From: an uncultured Bacteroidia bacterium
GTDB taxonomy: Bacteria > Bacteroidota > Bacteroidia > Bacteroidales > UBA932
Assembly: GCA_902780455.1 (NCBI GenBank)
Contig: CACZFO010000002.1
Span: forward strand, 23,493 to 87,492
Direction: 5' to 3'
DNA: 64,000 nt
Below, in pieces: positions 1-9,609 of the stretch. Below the pieces are notes generated by a model. That model did not search any database and was not told the origin of the DNA. It was given only the letters and a program-made list of their open reading frames with translations. Within the stretch, counting starts at the first letter, position 1, and each line of letters begins with the position of its first letter. A program made the translations under genes and the position numbers.

Positions 1-886
1 GCTTGCGCACCGTCGTATAGGAGTCCATGTCAAACAGGTCATCCAGGATGCTGCGGCTTCTTTGAGGCCTGTTCAGTACCTCCACAATGCAAACCATTTC
101 AGAAGGATCGATGGAAAGGTTACCTGTCTGCTGAGGCATGAGCATGTAACGGCGGATGACAGCACTCTGGTAAATCTGGTTGCCAACCTTTTCGCGAGTG
201 AAATTCAGATTCATCGGCGCCTCTGTCTCCTCGCTCCAGAAACCGTTGAAAACTGGCCATTTGATATCTTCAAACCCCCTGATATTGGACCTCGTATAGA
301 TCTTCAGCGTAGCAATTATAGGCTCACCTCTTACAACCTTGGTCTTGTTGAGAGACATCCTCAGGAACAGGTCGGCCTTGCCGTAAGATACTGCGGAATC
401 ATCGTCATCTGAAAAGGCGGATGAGCCCTGCTGGTTGTTCTGGCCTGAAGACTGTCCTGTCTGCTGGGCCTGTTGGCTCTGTGTAGTCTGATTGGAAGCA
501 TTTTCAACGATTTCAATGGAAACCGGCTTGGTGGTATAGGTACTTCCTTCTATTTCTGCCGTTGCCGCTGAAATGTTTATGTTTCCCTGACCGGAAGCCT
601 CCAGCACATAGGTATATGTGACATTATAGGAACTTGTCCTCTTCCCGTTTACTATAGACGTGAAGCTGGAGGTAGAAGTTGTTGGACCGGCAATTACATC
701 GGCACCGGAAAAGGTCGGACGGTTGAACGAAGAAACATCTCCGCTGGCAACAAACCTTACCAGGAAACGCTCTCCCTGCCCTACAACGTTGGGAGCCTCA
801 ACCTTGAAACTGTTCTGCGCCCATAATCCGGTTGCAACCATGAGCATGGCTGCAAACAAAGTCATTTTCAATAATCCGCTTCTCAT
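1..886 (-). CDS. batD: BatD-like oxygen-tolerance protein; the C-terminal part runs off the window edge
   Basis: I hand-translated the minus strand from the ATG at 884-886 to position 1 and found no stops: MRSGLLKMTLFAAMLMVATGLWAQNSFKVEAPNVVGQGERFLVRFVASGDV... It has a signal peptide and sits directly downstream of batB/C, as in the Bacteroides aerotolerance operon. It is missing from the ORF track only because it is truncated by the window edge. Confidence 0.8.
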   Translation of the reverse strand, partial: MRSGLLKMTLFAAMLMVATGLWAQNSFKVEAPNVVGQGERFLVRFVASGDVSSFNRPTFSGADVIAGPTTSTSSFTSIVNGKRTSSYNVTYTYVLEASGQGNINISAATAEIEGSTYTTKPVSIEIVENASNQTTQSQQAQQTGQSSGQNNQQGSSAFSDDDDSAVSYGKADLFLRMSLNKTKVVRGEPIIATLKIYTRSNIRGFEDIKWPVFNGFWSEETEAPMNLNFTREKVGNQIYQSAVIRRYMLMPQQTGNLSIDPSEMVCIVEVLNRPQRSRSILDDLFDMDSYTTVRK

Positions 887-908
887 ATCTTGAATGCCGT
901 ATGCAAAT

Positions 909-2792
909 TTACCAATTCTTATCCTTTTTCTTGCTCTTGGCCTCCAAAGCTTTTGCTTTCTTGACTTTTTCCTGAGTCTGCTTTTCTTTGTCCTGAATGG
1001 CCTGGAGCATTTGGGCAGCTGTCTGGGAACTCATTTTCTGCTGCTGAGAACCTCCTCCCTGAGGCTGTTGCTGCTGATTCTGGTCCTTGTTCTGATCATT
1101 GTTCTGATCCTGATTCTGGTCTTTGTTCTGATCCTTGTTCTGGTCCTGATTCTGGTCCTTGTTCTGGTCCTTGTTCTGGTCCTTGTTCTGGTCCTTGTTC
1201 TGGTCCTGATTCTGGTCCTGGTTCTGATCCTGGTTCTGCTGATTCTGCTGATTCTGGTTCTGCTGGTTCTGGAGCATCTTCTTTGCATAAGCCAGGTTTG
1301 CCTTGGCCGTCATGTCTGCAGGATTTCTAATCAGAGACTGCTTGTAGGCCTCTATCGCCTTATCGTACTGCTTTTGGGAAAGCAGGAGATTCCCAAGGTT
1401 GAAGAAATACTTGGACGCAGGAGTTGCCTTTCCCTGATGCTTCAGCATCGGATCTTCTTTCTTGATTTTCTCCTTTGCGCTCTGAGAAGGAAGGGTAGTC
1501 CTTACACCTTCCCATTCAGGTGTGAAAGGCAGCTTGGAGACCGTATCCGCAATTCCTGCATAAGCCTTCATCGCTCCTTCCAAGTCGTTCTGCTTGTAAA
1601 GCGAATTGCCGAGATTGTAATTTCCCTTCACGGAAAGGGAATCCTTTAGCAGACCCTTGCGGTACTCCACCTCGGATTTCTTGTATTCATTGTCCTTGAA
1701 GAAGCGGTTACCCTTGCGGACTTCCTTCTTGTCCGCCTGGGCAAATACCTGGGCAGACGAAACCATGAGAATGAAAGCTATGGCAAACAGTTTCTTTTTC
1801 ATTTTCTTGTCGCCGATTAAGAATTCCAGGAAAAGGAAGAAAAGTGCAATTCCAAGGAAGTACATGAACTGCTCATTGTATTCTTCAAACGCAATTTCCT
1901 GATATGAAGTCTTTTTAAGTTCCCTGACCTTTTCTATGATGTCACCGAGGCCGAAGTTGGTGTCTGAGGCCCTCACATAGATTCCGCCTCCCGCTTCAGC
2001 TATGCTCTTGAGGGTTTCCTCATCGAGTTTGGTTACAACTATCTGACCGTCCTTGTCCTTCATCAGGCCTCCGCCGTCATCCGGTATAGGTTCTCCCTTC
2101 GGAGTTCCCACACCTATCGTATAGACATTGATGCCTGCCTCCTTTGCGGCAGCTGCAGCCTGGACGGCATCATCCTCGTGGTTTTCTCCGTCGCTGATGA
2201 CAATGATCGCCTTGTTTCCCTTCTCCTGCATGCCCTCCATGGAGAAGCTCTGGGCGCAGGTGATTATGGCATCACCGATTGCCGTTCCCTGGACAGGAAC
2301 CGAATTAGTGTTGATTCCGGAAAGGAACAGCTTGGCTGAAACATAGTCGGCAGTGATAGGAACCTGTACGAAAGACTGCCCTGCAAAAATAACCAGGCCA
2401 ACCCTGTCGCTGTGAAGCTTGTCCAGCAGACGGGAAAGGTCCATCTTGGCCCTTTCCAGCCTGTTAGGAGAATAGTCCTTGGCTTTCATGGAGTTGGACA
2501 CGTCCAACGCAATCATTATCTCCGAACCGGTGTTGCTGCTTTCCTTAAGTTTGGCGCCTATCTGCGGACGTGAAAGTCCGATCATCAGAAACAGCCATGC
2601 CAGACTGAAGCAGGTCAGCCTGAGCCAGCCCTTGGACTTGGACCTTTCAGGCATGAGCTGGTCTACAAGCTTTGGATCTCCAAAACGGCGAAGCCTCTTG
2701 TTCCTTCCCCTGCGCCAAAGTGCGTAGAAGAGATAGAAGAAAGGTATCGCAAATATCAGAAGGAGAAAAAATGGTTTTGCAAACTGTATCAT
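909..2792 (-). CDS. batB/batC: BatB (VWA domain membrane protein) fused in frame to BatC (TPR protein), a single 627-aa ORF
   Basis: The N-terminal 330 aa have two N-terminal TM segments, a VWA domain with the MIDAS motif DVSNSM, and a C-terminal TM segment. An in-frame MKKKLFAIAFILMVSSAQVFAQ signal-like segment starts at codon 331 (ATG 1800-1802). It is followed by TPR-like repeats and a Q/N/D/K low-complexity tract. No stop codon separates the two parts. Confidence 0.8.
   Translation of the reverse strand: MIQFAKPFFLLLIFAIPFFYLFYALWRRGRNKRLRRFGDPKLVDQLMPERSKSKGWLRLTCFSLAWLFLMIGLSRPQIGAKLKESSNTGSEIMIALDVSNSMKAKDYSPNRLERAKMDLSRLLDKLHSDRVGLVIFAGQSFVQVPITADYVSAKLFLSGINTNSVPVQGTAIGDAIITCAQSFSMEGMQEKGNKAIIVISDGENHEDDAVQAAAAAKEAGINVYTIGVGTPKGEPIPDDGGGLMKDKDGQIVVTKLDEETLKSIAEAGGGIYVRASDTNFGLGDIIEKVRELKKTSYQEIAFEEYNEQFMYFLGIALFFLFLEFLIGDKKMKKKLFAIAFILMVSSAQVFAQADKKEVRKGNRFFKDNEYKKSEVEYRKGLLKDSLSVKGNYNLGNSLYKQNDLEGAMKAYAGIADTVSKLPFTPEWEGVRTTLPSQSAKEKIKKEDPMLKHQGKATPASKYFFNLGNLLLSQKQYDKAIEAYKQSLIRNPADMTAKANLAYAKKMLQNQQNQNQQNQQNQDQNQDQNQDQNKDQNKDQNKDQNKDQNQDQNKDQNKDQNQDQNNDQNKDQNQQQQPQGGGSQQQKMSSQTAAQMLQAIQDKEKQTQEKVKKAKALEAKSKKKDKNW
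1064..1272. repeat. Coding tandem repeat of about 17 x 12 nt (ctggtccttgtt / ctggtcctgatt), encoding the QNQDQNKDQN... tract of BatC
   Basis: A direct 12-nt periodicity is visible in the sequence. It translates on the minus strand as about 70 aa of (Q/K)DQN repeats near the BatC C-terminus. Confidence 0.9.
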
Positions 2793-2803
2793 AACTTACC
2801 CTC

Positions 2804-3781
2804 CTAATCCGGCAAATGCCTTGTAAACAACCTCATGAGAACCTCCAGAAGTATTGCCGCAAATGCCAGGACGGCAAACCTCATGAACAGTTCCTTGTAC
2901 TGCGGATATGAATCAACTATGGTCCTGGTCTTTTCCATCTTGTTGATTTCAGCGTATATTTCAGCCAGTTTGGTGTTGTCAGTAGCCCTGAAGTACTTTC
3001 CTCCGGTTTCCTGCGCAATCTGCTTCATGAGCGGCTCGTCAATGTCCACCTTCACCATCTGCACTCCGTACTCCGTAGGATAAGGAGCTTCTCCCATGGC
3101 TCCGATACCTATGGTATAAATCCTTACACCGTAGGTCTTTGCTATCTCGGTAGCCATTTGAGGGGAAATCTCGCCGGTATTGTTGACTCCGTCGGTCAGA
3201 AGTATGACCACCCTGCTCTTGGCATCGGATTCCTTCAGCCTGGCAACGGCGGTTGCAATTCCGTTTCCTATGGCGGTACCGTCATCTATGATTCCGCAGC
3301 TTATGTCTTTCATCATGTTTATAAGAGTCTGGCGGTCAGTGGTGAGCGGGCACTGGGTGTAACTCTCTCCTGCAAAAACAACCACTCCCATCCTGTCAGC
3401 CGGTCTCTGGGCCACGAATTCGATTGCTATCTGCTTGGCTGCATTTATCCTGTCGGGTTTGAAGTCCATAGCCAGCATACTGGTGGAAACATCTATGCCG
3501 AGAACAATGTCTATTCCTTCCGTAGAAACCTTTTCAAGTTCTGAGGCTGAACGCGGACGGGCTATGGCAAGCACCAGTGCAGCCAGGGCCACGCACCTCA
3601 GAACGAACGGTATATGACGGGCCACACGCTTTACCAGCCCGTCTTTTCCCATTTTCCATGGGGTTATATTTGAAACTGTGATGTATGGATGCCTGCCCTT
3701 GAGTTCCCTCCAGACATATATCAACACAGCCAGAGGAACAAGGAGCAGCAGCCACAACAGTTTTGGATATTCAAAGAACAT
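2804..3781 (-). CDS. batA: BatA, VWA-domain membrane protein of the aerotolerance operon
   Basis: 325 aa. It has an N-terminal TM pair, a VWA domain with MIDAS DVSTSM, and a C-terminal TM segment. Its operon position is upstream of batB. Confidence 0.85.
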   Translation of the reverse strand: MFFEYPKLLWLLLLVPLAVLIYVWRELKGRHPYITVSNITPWKMGKDGLVKRVARHIPFVLRCVALAALVLAIARPRSASELEKVSTEGIDIVLGIDVSTSMLAMDFKPDRINAAKQIAIEFVAQRPADRMGVVVFAGESYTQCPLTTDRQTLINMMKDISCGIIDDGTAIGNGIATAVARLKESDAKSRVVILLTDGVNNTGEISPQMATEIAKTYGVRIYTIGIGAMGEAPYPTEYGVQMVKVDIDEPLMKQIAQETGGKYFRATDNTKLAEIYAEINKMEKTRTIVDSYPQYKELFMRFAVLAFAAILLEVLMRLFTRHLPD

Positions 3782-4747
3782 TTACTTTCCCTCCTTTAGG
3801 TTAGATTCATTCTGTTGAAGTTGCTGCATGTACGCAAAGTTCACGAAGTTGACGGCAACCGGAATAGCCTTCTCGCTTTCCTGCTCGGTAGGAACATGCT
3901 TGGCAAACTTTACAAGGTCCGCCAAAGAAAACATTTCTCCAAGGTCTGAAAGCACTTTCTCGTCTATCTGCTTGTCTTTCAGACTGTCCATTATCTCGGA
4001 AGAAGTCTTTTCCATGGCTCCGAAAGCATATCTGCTCTCTATGTATTCCCTTACTGTATCTGTAATTCCGGTATAGTAAGCCTTATACTTTCCACTCTGC
4101 CAGAGCTTGTCGGAACGTATCTTCTCCAGCTTCTTGAGGGCTGCGATATGAGGCGGATCCACCTGGATTTTCTTTCCGAAGAAATTCCTGTTCTTCTTTT
4201 TCATCGCGATGAACCTGAGGATTCCCCAGATGATCAGAAGAACCAGTACTCCAAGGAGGATCCATGGCAGCACCTCTCTGAATGTGACGGGATAGGTCTC
4301 CTGCCCCTTGATATCGTAAGGCTGGAAAGATGCGGTGTCTATAGGAATTGTATTCACGTAGAGCGTAGGAGGCTCTATCTTGAGAGTGTCAGGCTTTCCA
4401 TTGGCTGAGTACACTATGATCGGCGACGGAAGGGTGTAGGATCCGCTGTCAAACGAAGTCAGCAGGACTCTTGCCCTCAGGTTTGCAATGCCGTTCTTGA
4501 CGCTCAGCGAATCCAGAGCCATCTCACTCACAGCCTCCACCCTGCCCTGGATGGTAGTGTCAGATGCCAATATTGCGGAGTACTGCCCGACTCCGATAGG
4601 ACTGCCTTCAGGAATCGTAAAATCAAAAGACCAGACAACCTGGTCTCCGATCAGCACGGAGTCTGCAGAAATCCGCGAATTGCTCACCTTCTGCCCCCAT
4701 GCAACGGAACCGCATGCAATTGCCAATATCAACAAAATCTTTTTCAT
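3782..4747 (-). CDS. Exported, single-TM protein of the MoxR/Bat operon (orf3 position); function unknown
   Basis: 321 aa with signal peptide MKKILLILAIACGSVAWGQ and a central TM segment LPWILLGVLVLLIIWGILRFIAM. Its stop abuts the batA start (3781/3782). It lies between DUF58 and batA. Confidence 0.7.
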   Translation of the reverse strand: MKKILLILAIACGSVAWGQKVSNSRISADSVLIGDQVVWSFDFTIPEGSPIGVGQYSAILASDTTIQGRVEAVSEMALDSLSVKNGIANLRARVLLTSFDSGSYTLPSPIIVYSANGKPDTLKIEPPTLYVNTIPIDTASFQPYDIKGQETYPVTFREVLPWILLGVLVLLIIWGILRFIAMKKKNRNFFGKKIQVDPPHIAALKKLEKIRSDKLWQSGKYKAYYTGITDTVREYIESRYAFGAMEKTSSEIMDSLKDKQIDEKVLSDLGEMFSLADLVKFAKHVPTEQESEKAIPVAVNFVNFAYMQQLQQNESNLKEGK

Positions 4748-4829
4748 ATACCTTTATATCCGCATATGATATTGCTGCTTGAACTACGCTTCACTATGTC
4801 TGCTCAGCAACAATCTTATGCTGTTTTTG

Positions 4830-5708
4830 TTACTTGTTCTTGAAAAAGCCTATGAGACTCTTCACGTAATCATCTTCAGTGGATATGCTTACCGTATCCA
4901 CCTTGTAACGGTTGAAAAGCCGCTGGGCTGCAGCAAGCACTCTCCGCCCCCACTGCCTGTAGCCGTCCCTGACGCTGCGGCTGGAAGTGTCTATCCAACC
5001 CTCTGAGCCGCTTTCAGCATCCCTGACCCTGACCAGTCCAAGGTCAGGAATCTCCCTCTCCCTCGGATCGTAGATGTTGATGGCTGAAATCTCGTGGCGG
5101 TTGGCAGCAAGCTTGAGAGCATCCTCATAACGAGGGTTGCCGTCCTGGTCTACATCCAGCAAATCGCTGAGCAGAAAGGCAGTGCATCTTTTCTTTATGG
5201 CACGTGAAAGGAACCTCAGAGCCTCTGATATATCGGTTCCGCCCTGTGTGGGCTTGAACTCCAGAAGCTCGGAGATTATCCTCAGCAGATGGCTTCTCCC
5301 CTTCTTCGGGGGGATGAATTTCTCCACCTTGGACGAAAAGAAAAGCGCCCCCACCTTGTCGTTGTTGATTGAAGCTGAGAACGAAAGCACGGCTGCAATC
5401 TCGGCCACCAGTTCCCTCTTGGTCTTGGATGAAGTTCCGAAAACACTGGATGATGACACATCTACCAGAAGGACTACCGTGAGTTCCCTCTCCTCCTCAT
5501 AAACCTTTATGTAAGGAGAACGGAGCCTTGCGGTAACATTCCAATCCATGTTGCGCACATCGTCTCCGAACTGGTACTCCCTCACCTCGGAAAACGCCAT
5601 ACCCCTCCCCTTGAAGGCGGAATGGTATTCTCCTGCAAAGATCTGGTGGGAGAGACTCCTGGTCCGGATCTCAATCTTGCGCACTTTCTTTAACAGATCG
5701 TTGTCCAT
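4830..5708 (-). CDS. DUF58 family protein (VWA-like partner of MoxR)
   Basis: 292 aa. The motif AGEYHSAFKGRGMAFSEVREYQFGDDVRNMDWNVTAR is typical of DUF58. It sits immediately downstream of the MoxR ATPase. Confidence 0.85.
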   Translation of the reverse strand: MDNDLLKKVRKIEIRTRSLSHQIFAGEYHSAFKGRGMAFSEVREYQFGDDVRNMDWNVTARLRSPYIKVYEEERELTVVLLVDVSSSSVFGTSSKTKRELVAEIAAVLSFSASINNDKVGALFFSSKVEKFIPPKKGRSHLLRIISELLEFKPTQGGTDISEALRFLSRAIKKRCTAFLLSDLLDVDQDGNPRYEDALKLAANRHEISAINIYDPREREIPDLGLVRVRDAESGSEGWIDTSSRSVRDGYRQWGRRVLAAAQRLFNRYKVDTVSISTEDDYVKSLIGFFKNK

Positions 5709-5719
5709 GATGCCTCCGA

Positions 5720-6712
5720 TTAAGGAACTGCAACTACGTTAACTATTTCAGTGATAAGGTTTTCAGTTGTAATATCCTCGGCTTCTGCCTCGTAAGTCAG
5801 ACCGATACGGTGGCGCAGCACCTCGTAGCATACGGCCCTTACGTCTTCAGGAATGACATATCCCCTTCTCTTGATGAAAGCGTATGCCTTGGCAGCCTTT
5901 GCCAGGGAAATGCTGGCTCTCGGGGAAGCTCCGTACTGGATCATGTTCTTGATCTTGCCCAGTCCGTACTCTTCCGGTGTACGGGTTGCATAAACTATGT
6001 CAACTATGTATCTTTCTATCTTCTCGTCCATGTACACATCCTTTACGACGCTTCTGGCCCTGATGATATCCTCCGGCTTGAGAACCGTATTGGCCTTAGG
6101 GAAGTCCTGTGCGTTGTGCATCTTGATGATCTGCTTCTCTTCTTCCTTCTTTGGATAGTTGACGATGACCTTGAGCATGAAACGGTCCATCTGTGCCTCA
6201 GGCAGAGGGTATGTTCCTTCTTGCTCTATCGGGTTCTGGGTAGCCATTACCAGGAACGGCTTAGGAAGTTCGTAAGTCTGGTCACCTATTGTTACGGCCC
6301 TTTCCTGCATGGCCTCCAGCAGTGCACTCTGAACCTTGGCAGGAGAACGGTTGATCTCATCCGCAAGGACAAAGTTTGCGAACACCGGACCCTTCTTCAC
6401 CTGGAACTGCTCGTTCTTCTGGCTGTAGATCATTGTACCTACGATATCTGAAGGAAGAAGGTCTGGAGTAAACTGAATCCTCTGGAATTTGGCATCGATG
6501 ATATCGCTGAGAGTGCTGATGGCAAGGGTCTTTGCCAAACCAGGCATACCTTCGAGCAGAAGATGTCCGTCTGCCAGCAGACCTATCAGAAGGTCTTCCA
6601 CAAGATGTTTCTGCCCTACGATCACCTTGTTCATTTCCATAGAGATGATGTCTACGAAGGCGCTCTCTTTCTGAATCCTGTCGTTCAGTTCTTTAATGTT
6701 TAAGTTCTCCAT
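5720..6712 (-). CDS. moxR: MoxR-family AAA+ ATPase
   Basis: 330 aa with Walker A GMPGLAKT and Walker B FVLADEINR. It is the first gene of the Bat-type operon. Confidence 0.9.
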   Translation of the reverse strand: MENLNIKELNDRIQKESAFVDIISMEMNKVIVGQKHLVEDLLIGLLADGHLLLEGMPGLAKTLAISTLSDIIDAKFQRIQFTPDLLPSDIVGTMIYSQKNEQFQVKKGPVFANFVLADEINRSPAKVQSALLEAMQERAVTIGDQTYELPKPFLVMATQNPIEQEGTYPLPEAQMDRFMLKVIVNYPKKEEEKQIIKMHNAQDFPKANTVLKPEDIIRARSVVKDVYMDEKIERYIVDIVYATRTPEEYGLGKIKNMIQYGASPRASISLAKAAKAYAFIKRRGYVIPEDVRAVCYEVLRHRIGLTYEAEAEDITTENLITEIVNVVAVP

Positions 6713-6804
6713 AACTGAAAATTACTTTATGTCTTTATTCTTCATAATATTTCTCGCGATTTGCACCGTCTTTTTCGGCCCGTTCATTATCTTTACGGTC
6801 TGTT

Positions 6805-7596
6805 ATGAAATACTTCATAAAACTATCATACGACGGCGGCCCGTTCAGCGGCTGGCAGATCCAGAAGAATGCACCAAGCATCCAGGAGGAACTCCAGAAG
6901 GCTTTTTCACTTTTGCTGGGGGAAGATATCGAGATTACCGGATGCGGCAGGACAGACAGTGGAGTGAATGCCGTAGGCTATATCGCGCACACTGAAATCT
7001 CTTCCAATACAGCTTTAGGTGGAAAATCCAAGCAGCAATTCTTATACAAATTAAATGCCATTCTGCCTAAATCCATAAAGGTTTTTGGACTGTATAAAAT
7101 GCATCCCCAGGCCCATGCCAGGTTTGATGCCACAAGCCGCACATACAAGTATTTCCTGACTACCGTACCGTCTCCTTTTGACGGGCCTTACACATGGTAC
7201 CTCAAGTGCCGCGAACTTGACATTGAGGCCATGAACAAAGCTGCCTCATACTTTATCGGAACCCGCGATTTCACCAGTCTGCAGAAGCTCGGAAGCGACG
7301 TTACCTCACCTGTTTGCACGGTAACCGAGGCTTATTGGAAAAAAGCCCCGCTGCCCTCTCCTTTTGCAAGGGAGAACAAAGGCTGCAGATATGTCTTTAC
7401 GGTAACAGCCAACCGGTTCCTCAGGAACATGGTAAGGGCTATGGTCGGATCCCTGCTGGAGGTAGGTCTGCACAAGAAAGACCCGGAGTGGATAGAACAG
7501 ATGCTAAAGGCAAAAGACCGGTGTGCAGCCGGAGCCAGCGTGCCCGGAAACGCCCTCTTCCTCTGCGATGTCAAATACCCTTATCCGGTCAGGTAA
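6805..7596 (+). CDS. truA: tRNA pseudouridine(38-40) synthase TruA
   Basis: 263 aa. N-terminus MKYFIKLSYDGGPFSGWQIQ and the catalytic motif GCGRTDSGVNA. Confidence 0.9.
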   Translation: MKYFIKLSYDGGPFSGWQIQKNAPSIQEELQKAFSLLLGEDIEITGCGRTDSGVNAVGYIAHTEISSNTALGGKSKQQFLYKLNAILPKSIKVFGLYKMHPQAHARFDATSRTYKYFLTTVPSPFDGPYTWYLKCRELDIEAMNKAASYFIGTRDFTSLQKLGSDVTSPVCTVTEAYWKKAPLPSPFARENKGCRYVFTVTANRFLRNMVRAMVGSLLEVGLHKKDPEWIEQMLKAKDRCAAGASVPGNALFLCDVKYPYPVR

Positions 7597-7668
7597 ACGT
7601 TGCACAGTTTTTGCTTGCTGATTAACCGTCACTGAAGAAAAAAGAAAATATATAAATAGAATAAAAAC

Positions 7669-8382
7669 ATGACACTGCTCACACTTCTACTCCAGGCAGA
7701 CACATCGGAGGCCATCAGTCAGGCCGCAGCTGCCGTAGCCACACAGGAAAAGGTTTCACTGTCCATGATAGACATGGCCGTAAAGGGAGGATGGCTGATG
7801 ATTCCTCTCATCATCCTTTCAATCCTTACCATCTACATCTTCGGAATGAAATGGTGGACCATCAGCCGCGCATCCAAAATAGACCCTAACTTCATGAACG
7901 ACATCAGGGACCTTATCCACAGCGGAAAGATAAAGGCAGCCCAGAGTCTCTGCAAACAGCATGACACCCCGGTTTCCCATCTGATTGAAAAAGGCATCGA
8001 GAGAATGGGAAGACCTCTTACAGACATCCAGGCAGCCGTTGAGAACATGGGCAACATAGAGGTAGCAAGGCTTGAGAAAGGCCTCCCCGCACTGGCTTCC
8101 ATAGCCGGCGGCGCTCCTATGATCGGATTCCTGGGAACCGTGCTCGGCATGGTCCAGGCCTTCTTCAACATGAGCCAGGCCGGAAACAACATAGACATCA
8201 CATTGCTTTCCGGAGGTATATACACTGCAATGATCACGACCGTTGCCGGCCTGATTGTCGGTATCCTCGCGTACTTTGGATACAACTACCTCACCTCCAA
8301 GGTTTCAGACCTGGTATTCACCCTCCAGAGCAACACAATAGAGTTCATGGACCTTCTCCACGAACCCGGCGGAAGCAAATAG
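7669..8382 (+). CDS. exbB: MotA/TolQ/ExbB proton-channel protein
   Basis: 237 aa with three TM segments and the conserved GGAPMIGFLGTVLGMVQAF segment. It is followed by exbD and tonB. Confidence 0.85.
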   Translation: MTLLTLLLQADTSEAISQAAAAVATQEKVSLSMIDMAVKGGWLMIPLIILSILTIYIFGMKWWTISRASKIDPNFMNDIRDLIHSGKIKAAQSLCKQHDTPVSHLIEKGIERMGRPLTDIQAAVENMGNIEVARLEKGLPALASIAGGAPMIGFLGTVLGMVQAFFNMSQAGNNIDITLLSGGIYTAMITTVAGLIVGILAYFGYNYLTSKVSDLVFTLQSNTIEFMDLLHEPGGSK

Positions 8383-8404
8383 AACGATCTTTAACAGAAC
8401 AATT

Positions 8405-8818
8405 ATGGCAATCAAGCAACGTAACAAGATAAATGCATCTTTCAGCATGTCCTCAATGACGGACATCGTGTTCCTGCTGCTCATTTTCTTCCTTGTTACA
8501 TCAACACTGATAAACCCTAACGCTCTCAAGCTGCTGCTTCCGAAAAGCACAAACCAGATTTCAGCCAAGCCGCAGGTGAGCGTCTCCATAAAGCACTACC
8601 AGGAAACCAACACCTTCTCCTACCACATCAACGGCATGAAGCAGGAAACTCCTTTCGAGCAGGTCGAAGTTTCCATCCAGGCTCTCCTGCAGAACACGGA
8701 CGAGCCTACGTTCACCATTCTGGCAGACCAGAGCGTCCCAATCGAGAAAGTGGTGGAACTGATGAACATTGCAAAGCGCAACCAGTACAAGGTTATTCTG
8801 GCAACATCACCAGAGTAA
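8405..8818 (+). CDS. exbD: ExbD/TolR biopolymer transport protein
   Basis: 137 aa with a single N-terminal TM segment (MTDIVFLLLIFFLV) and operon context. Confidence 0.85.
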   Translation: MAIKQRNKINASFSMSSMTDIVFLLLIFFLVTSTLINPNALKLLLPKSTNQISAKPQVSVSIKHYQETNTFSYHINGMKQETPFEQVEVSIQALLQNTDEPTFTILADQSVPIEKVVELMNIAKRNQYKVILATSPE

Positions 8819-8839
8819 TATTTTTATCGCGATAAAACA

Positions 8840-9601
8840 ATGTATTCCCTTACAAAACAGCAGAAGCAGACGCAGGAAGGAAAGCGTATAGGCATGGTAC
8901 TGACCATAGCCTTCCACGTAGTGCTGCTGTTTGTGCTGGGAATAACAGGATTCAAGCTCGTGTACCCGCCGCCTGCAGAAAAAGGCATACTTCTGGAAAT
9001 CCCGCTTGAGGAGGTGCCGCAGAAAGCCGTTCCTAAAAAATCTCCGGAACCGAGGGCTCCTGAGGCAGATCCTACCAAAGAGGTGAATATCGTGCAGAAA
9101 GCCAAGGCTCCGCTCCAGTCTGAAAAGAGCGATGCAGGAAAACCGGCCACGGCCCAGGGCAAGGGCGATGTTGAAATCCCAGAGCCCAAGCGTGAGATAG
9201 ACAAGAGGGCCCTCTTTCCAAGTGCTGACAACAAGAAAGATACAGGCAAACCGCAGACTGCTGAGGAGGCTTCTCCAGAACTCAAGGCCGGGCATTCAAA
9301 AGGCAACACTGAAAACGGAAAACTGAACGGCAAACCTTCGGTCAGGCTGGAAGGCCGTTCAACCTTAGGCTCCCTTCCGCTTCCGGCCTATACCGTCAAT
9401 GAAAGCGGAACGGTGGTGGTGCAGATCGTAGTAAATGAAAAAGGAATCGTCACCAACGCCATACCGGGCCAGAAAGGCACCACGACCAACAACCCTACTC
9501 TCTGGGCAGAAGCCAGGAAAGCCGCACTCAAGGCCCGCTTCTCCCCTTCCGACGCCCCTACCCAGGTCGGCTACATCACCTACGTGTTCATCCTGAAATA
9601 G
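8840..9601 (+). CDS. tonB: TonB-family energy transducer
   Basis: 253 aa with an N-terminal TM segment, a Pro/Glu/Lys-rich linker (PEPRAPEADPTKE...) and a C-terminal TonB-like domain (GTVVVQIVVNEKGIVTNA...ARFSPS). Confidence 0.75.
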   Translation: MYSLTKQQKQTQEGKRIGMVLTIAFHVVLLFVLGITGFKLVYPPPAEKGILLEIPLEEVPQKAVPKKSPEPRAPEADPTKEVNIVQKAKAPLQSEKSDAGKPATAQGKGDVEIPEPKREIDKRALFPSADNKKDTGKPQTAEEASPELKAGHSKGNTENGKLNGKPSVRLEGRSTLGSLPLPAYTVNESGTVVVQIVVNEKGIVTNAIPGQKGTTTNNPTLWAEARKAALKARFSPSDAPTQVGYITYVFILK

Positions 9602-9609
9602 ATTCAGAC

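Noticed and set aside
62-893. Plus-strand ORFs 62-412 and 660-893.
   Set aside because: They are antisense to the BatD reading frame. That frame is open across the whole 886 nt and has a convincing signal peptide and operon context.
894-1649. 251-aa plus-strand ORF with a long LVLVLVLV tract, and the 85-aa minus-strand RTRTRTR ORF at 1031-1288.
   Set aside because: Both are alternative-frame or antisense readings of the 12-nt repeat inside batB/C. The batB/C frame has clear VWA, TPR and signal-peptide features, whereas these have pure dipeptide composition.
5810-6451. 213-aa plus-strand ORF inside moxR. Similar long antisense ORFs occur inside tonB (8807-9333), parC (15454-16355), recJ (18292-19005), the MFS genes, rpoB, rpoC (49651-50157) and hppA (54768-56044).
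   Set aside because: All are fully nested antisense or out of frame within genes that carry strong family motifs. This is a typical consequence of about 50-55% G+C coding sequence.
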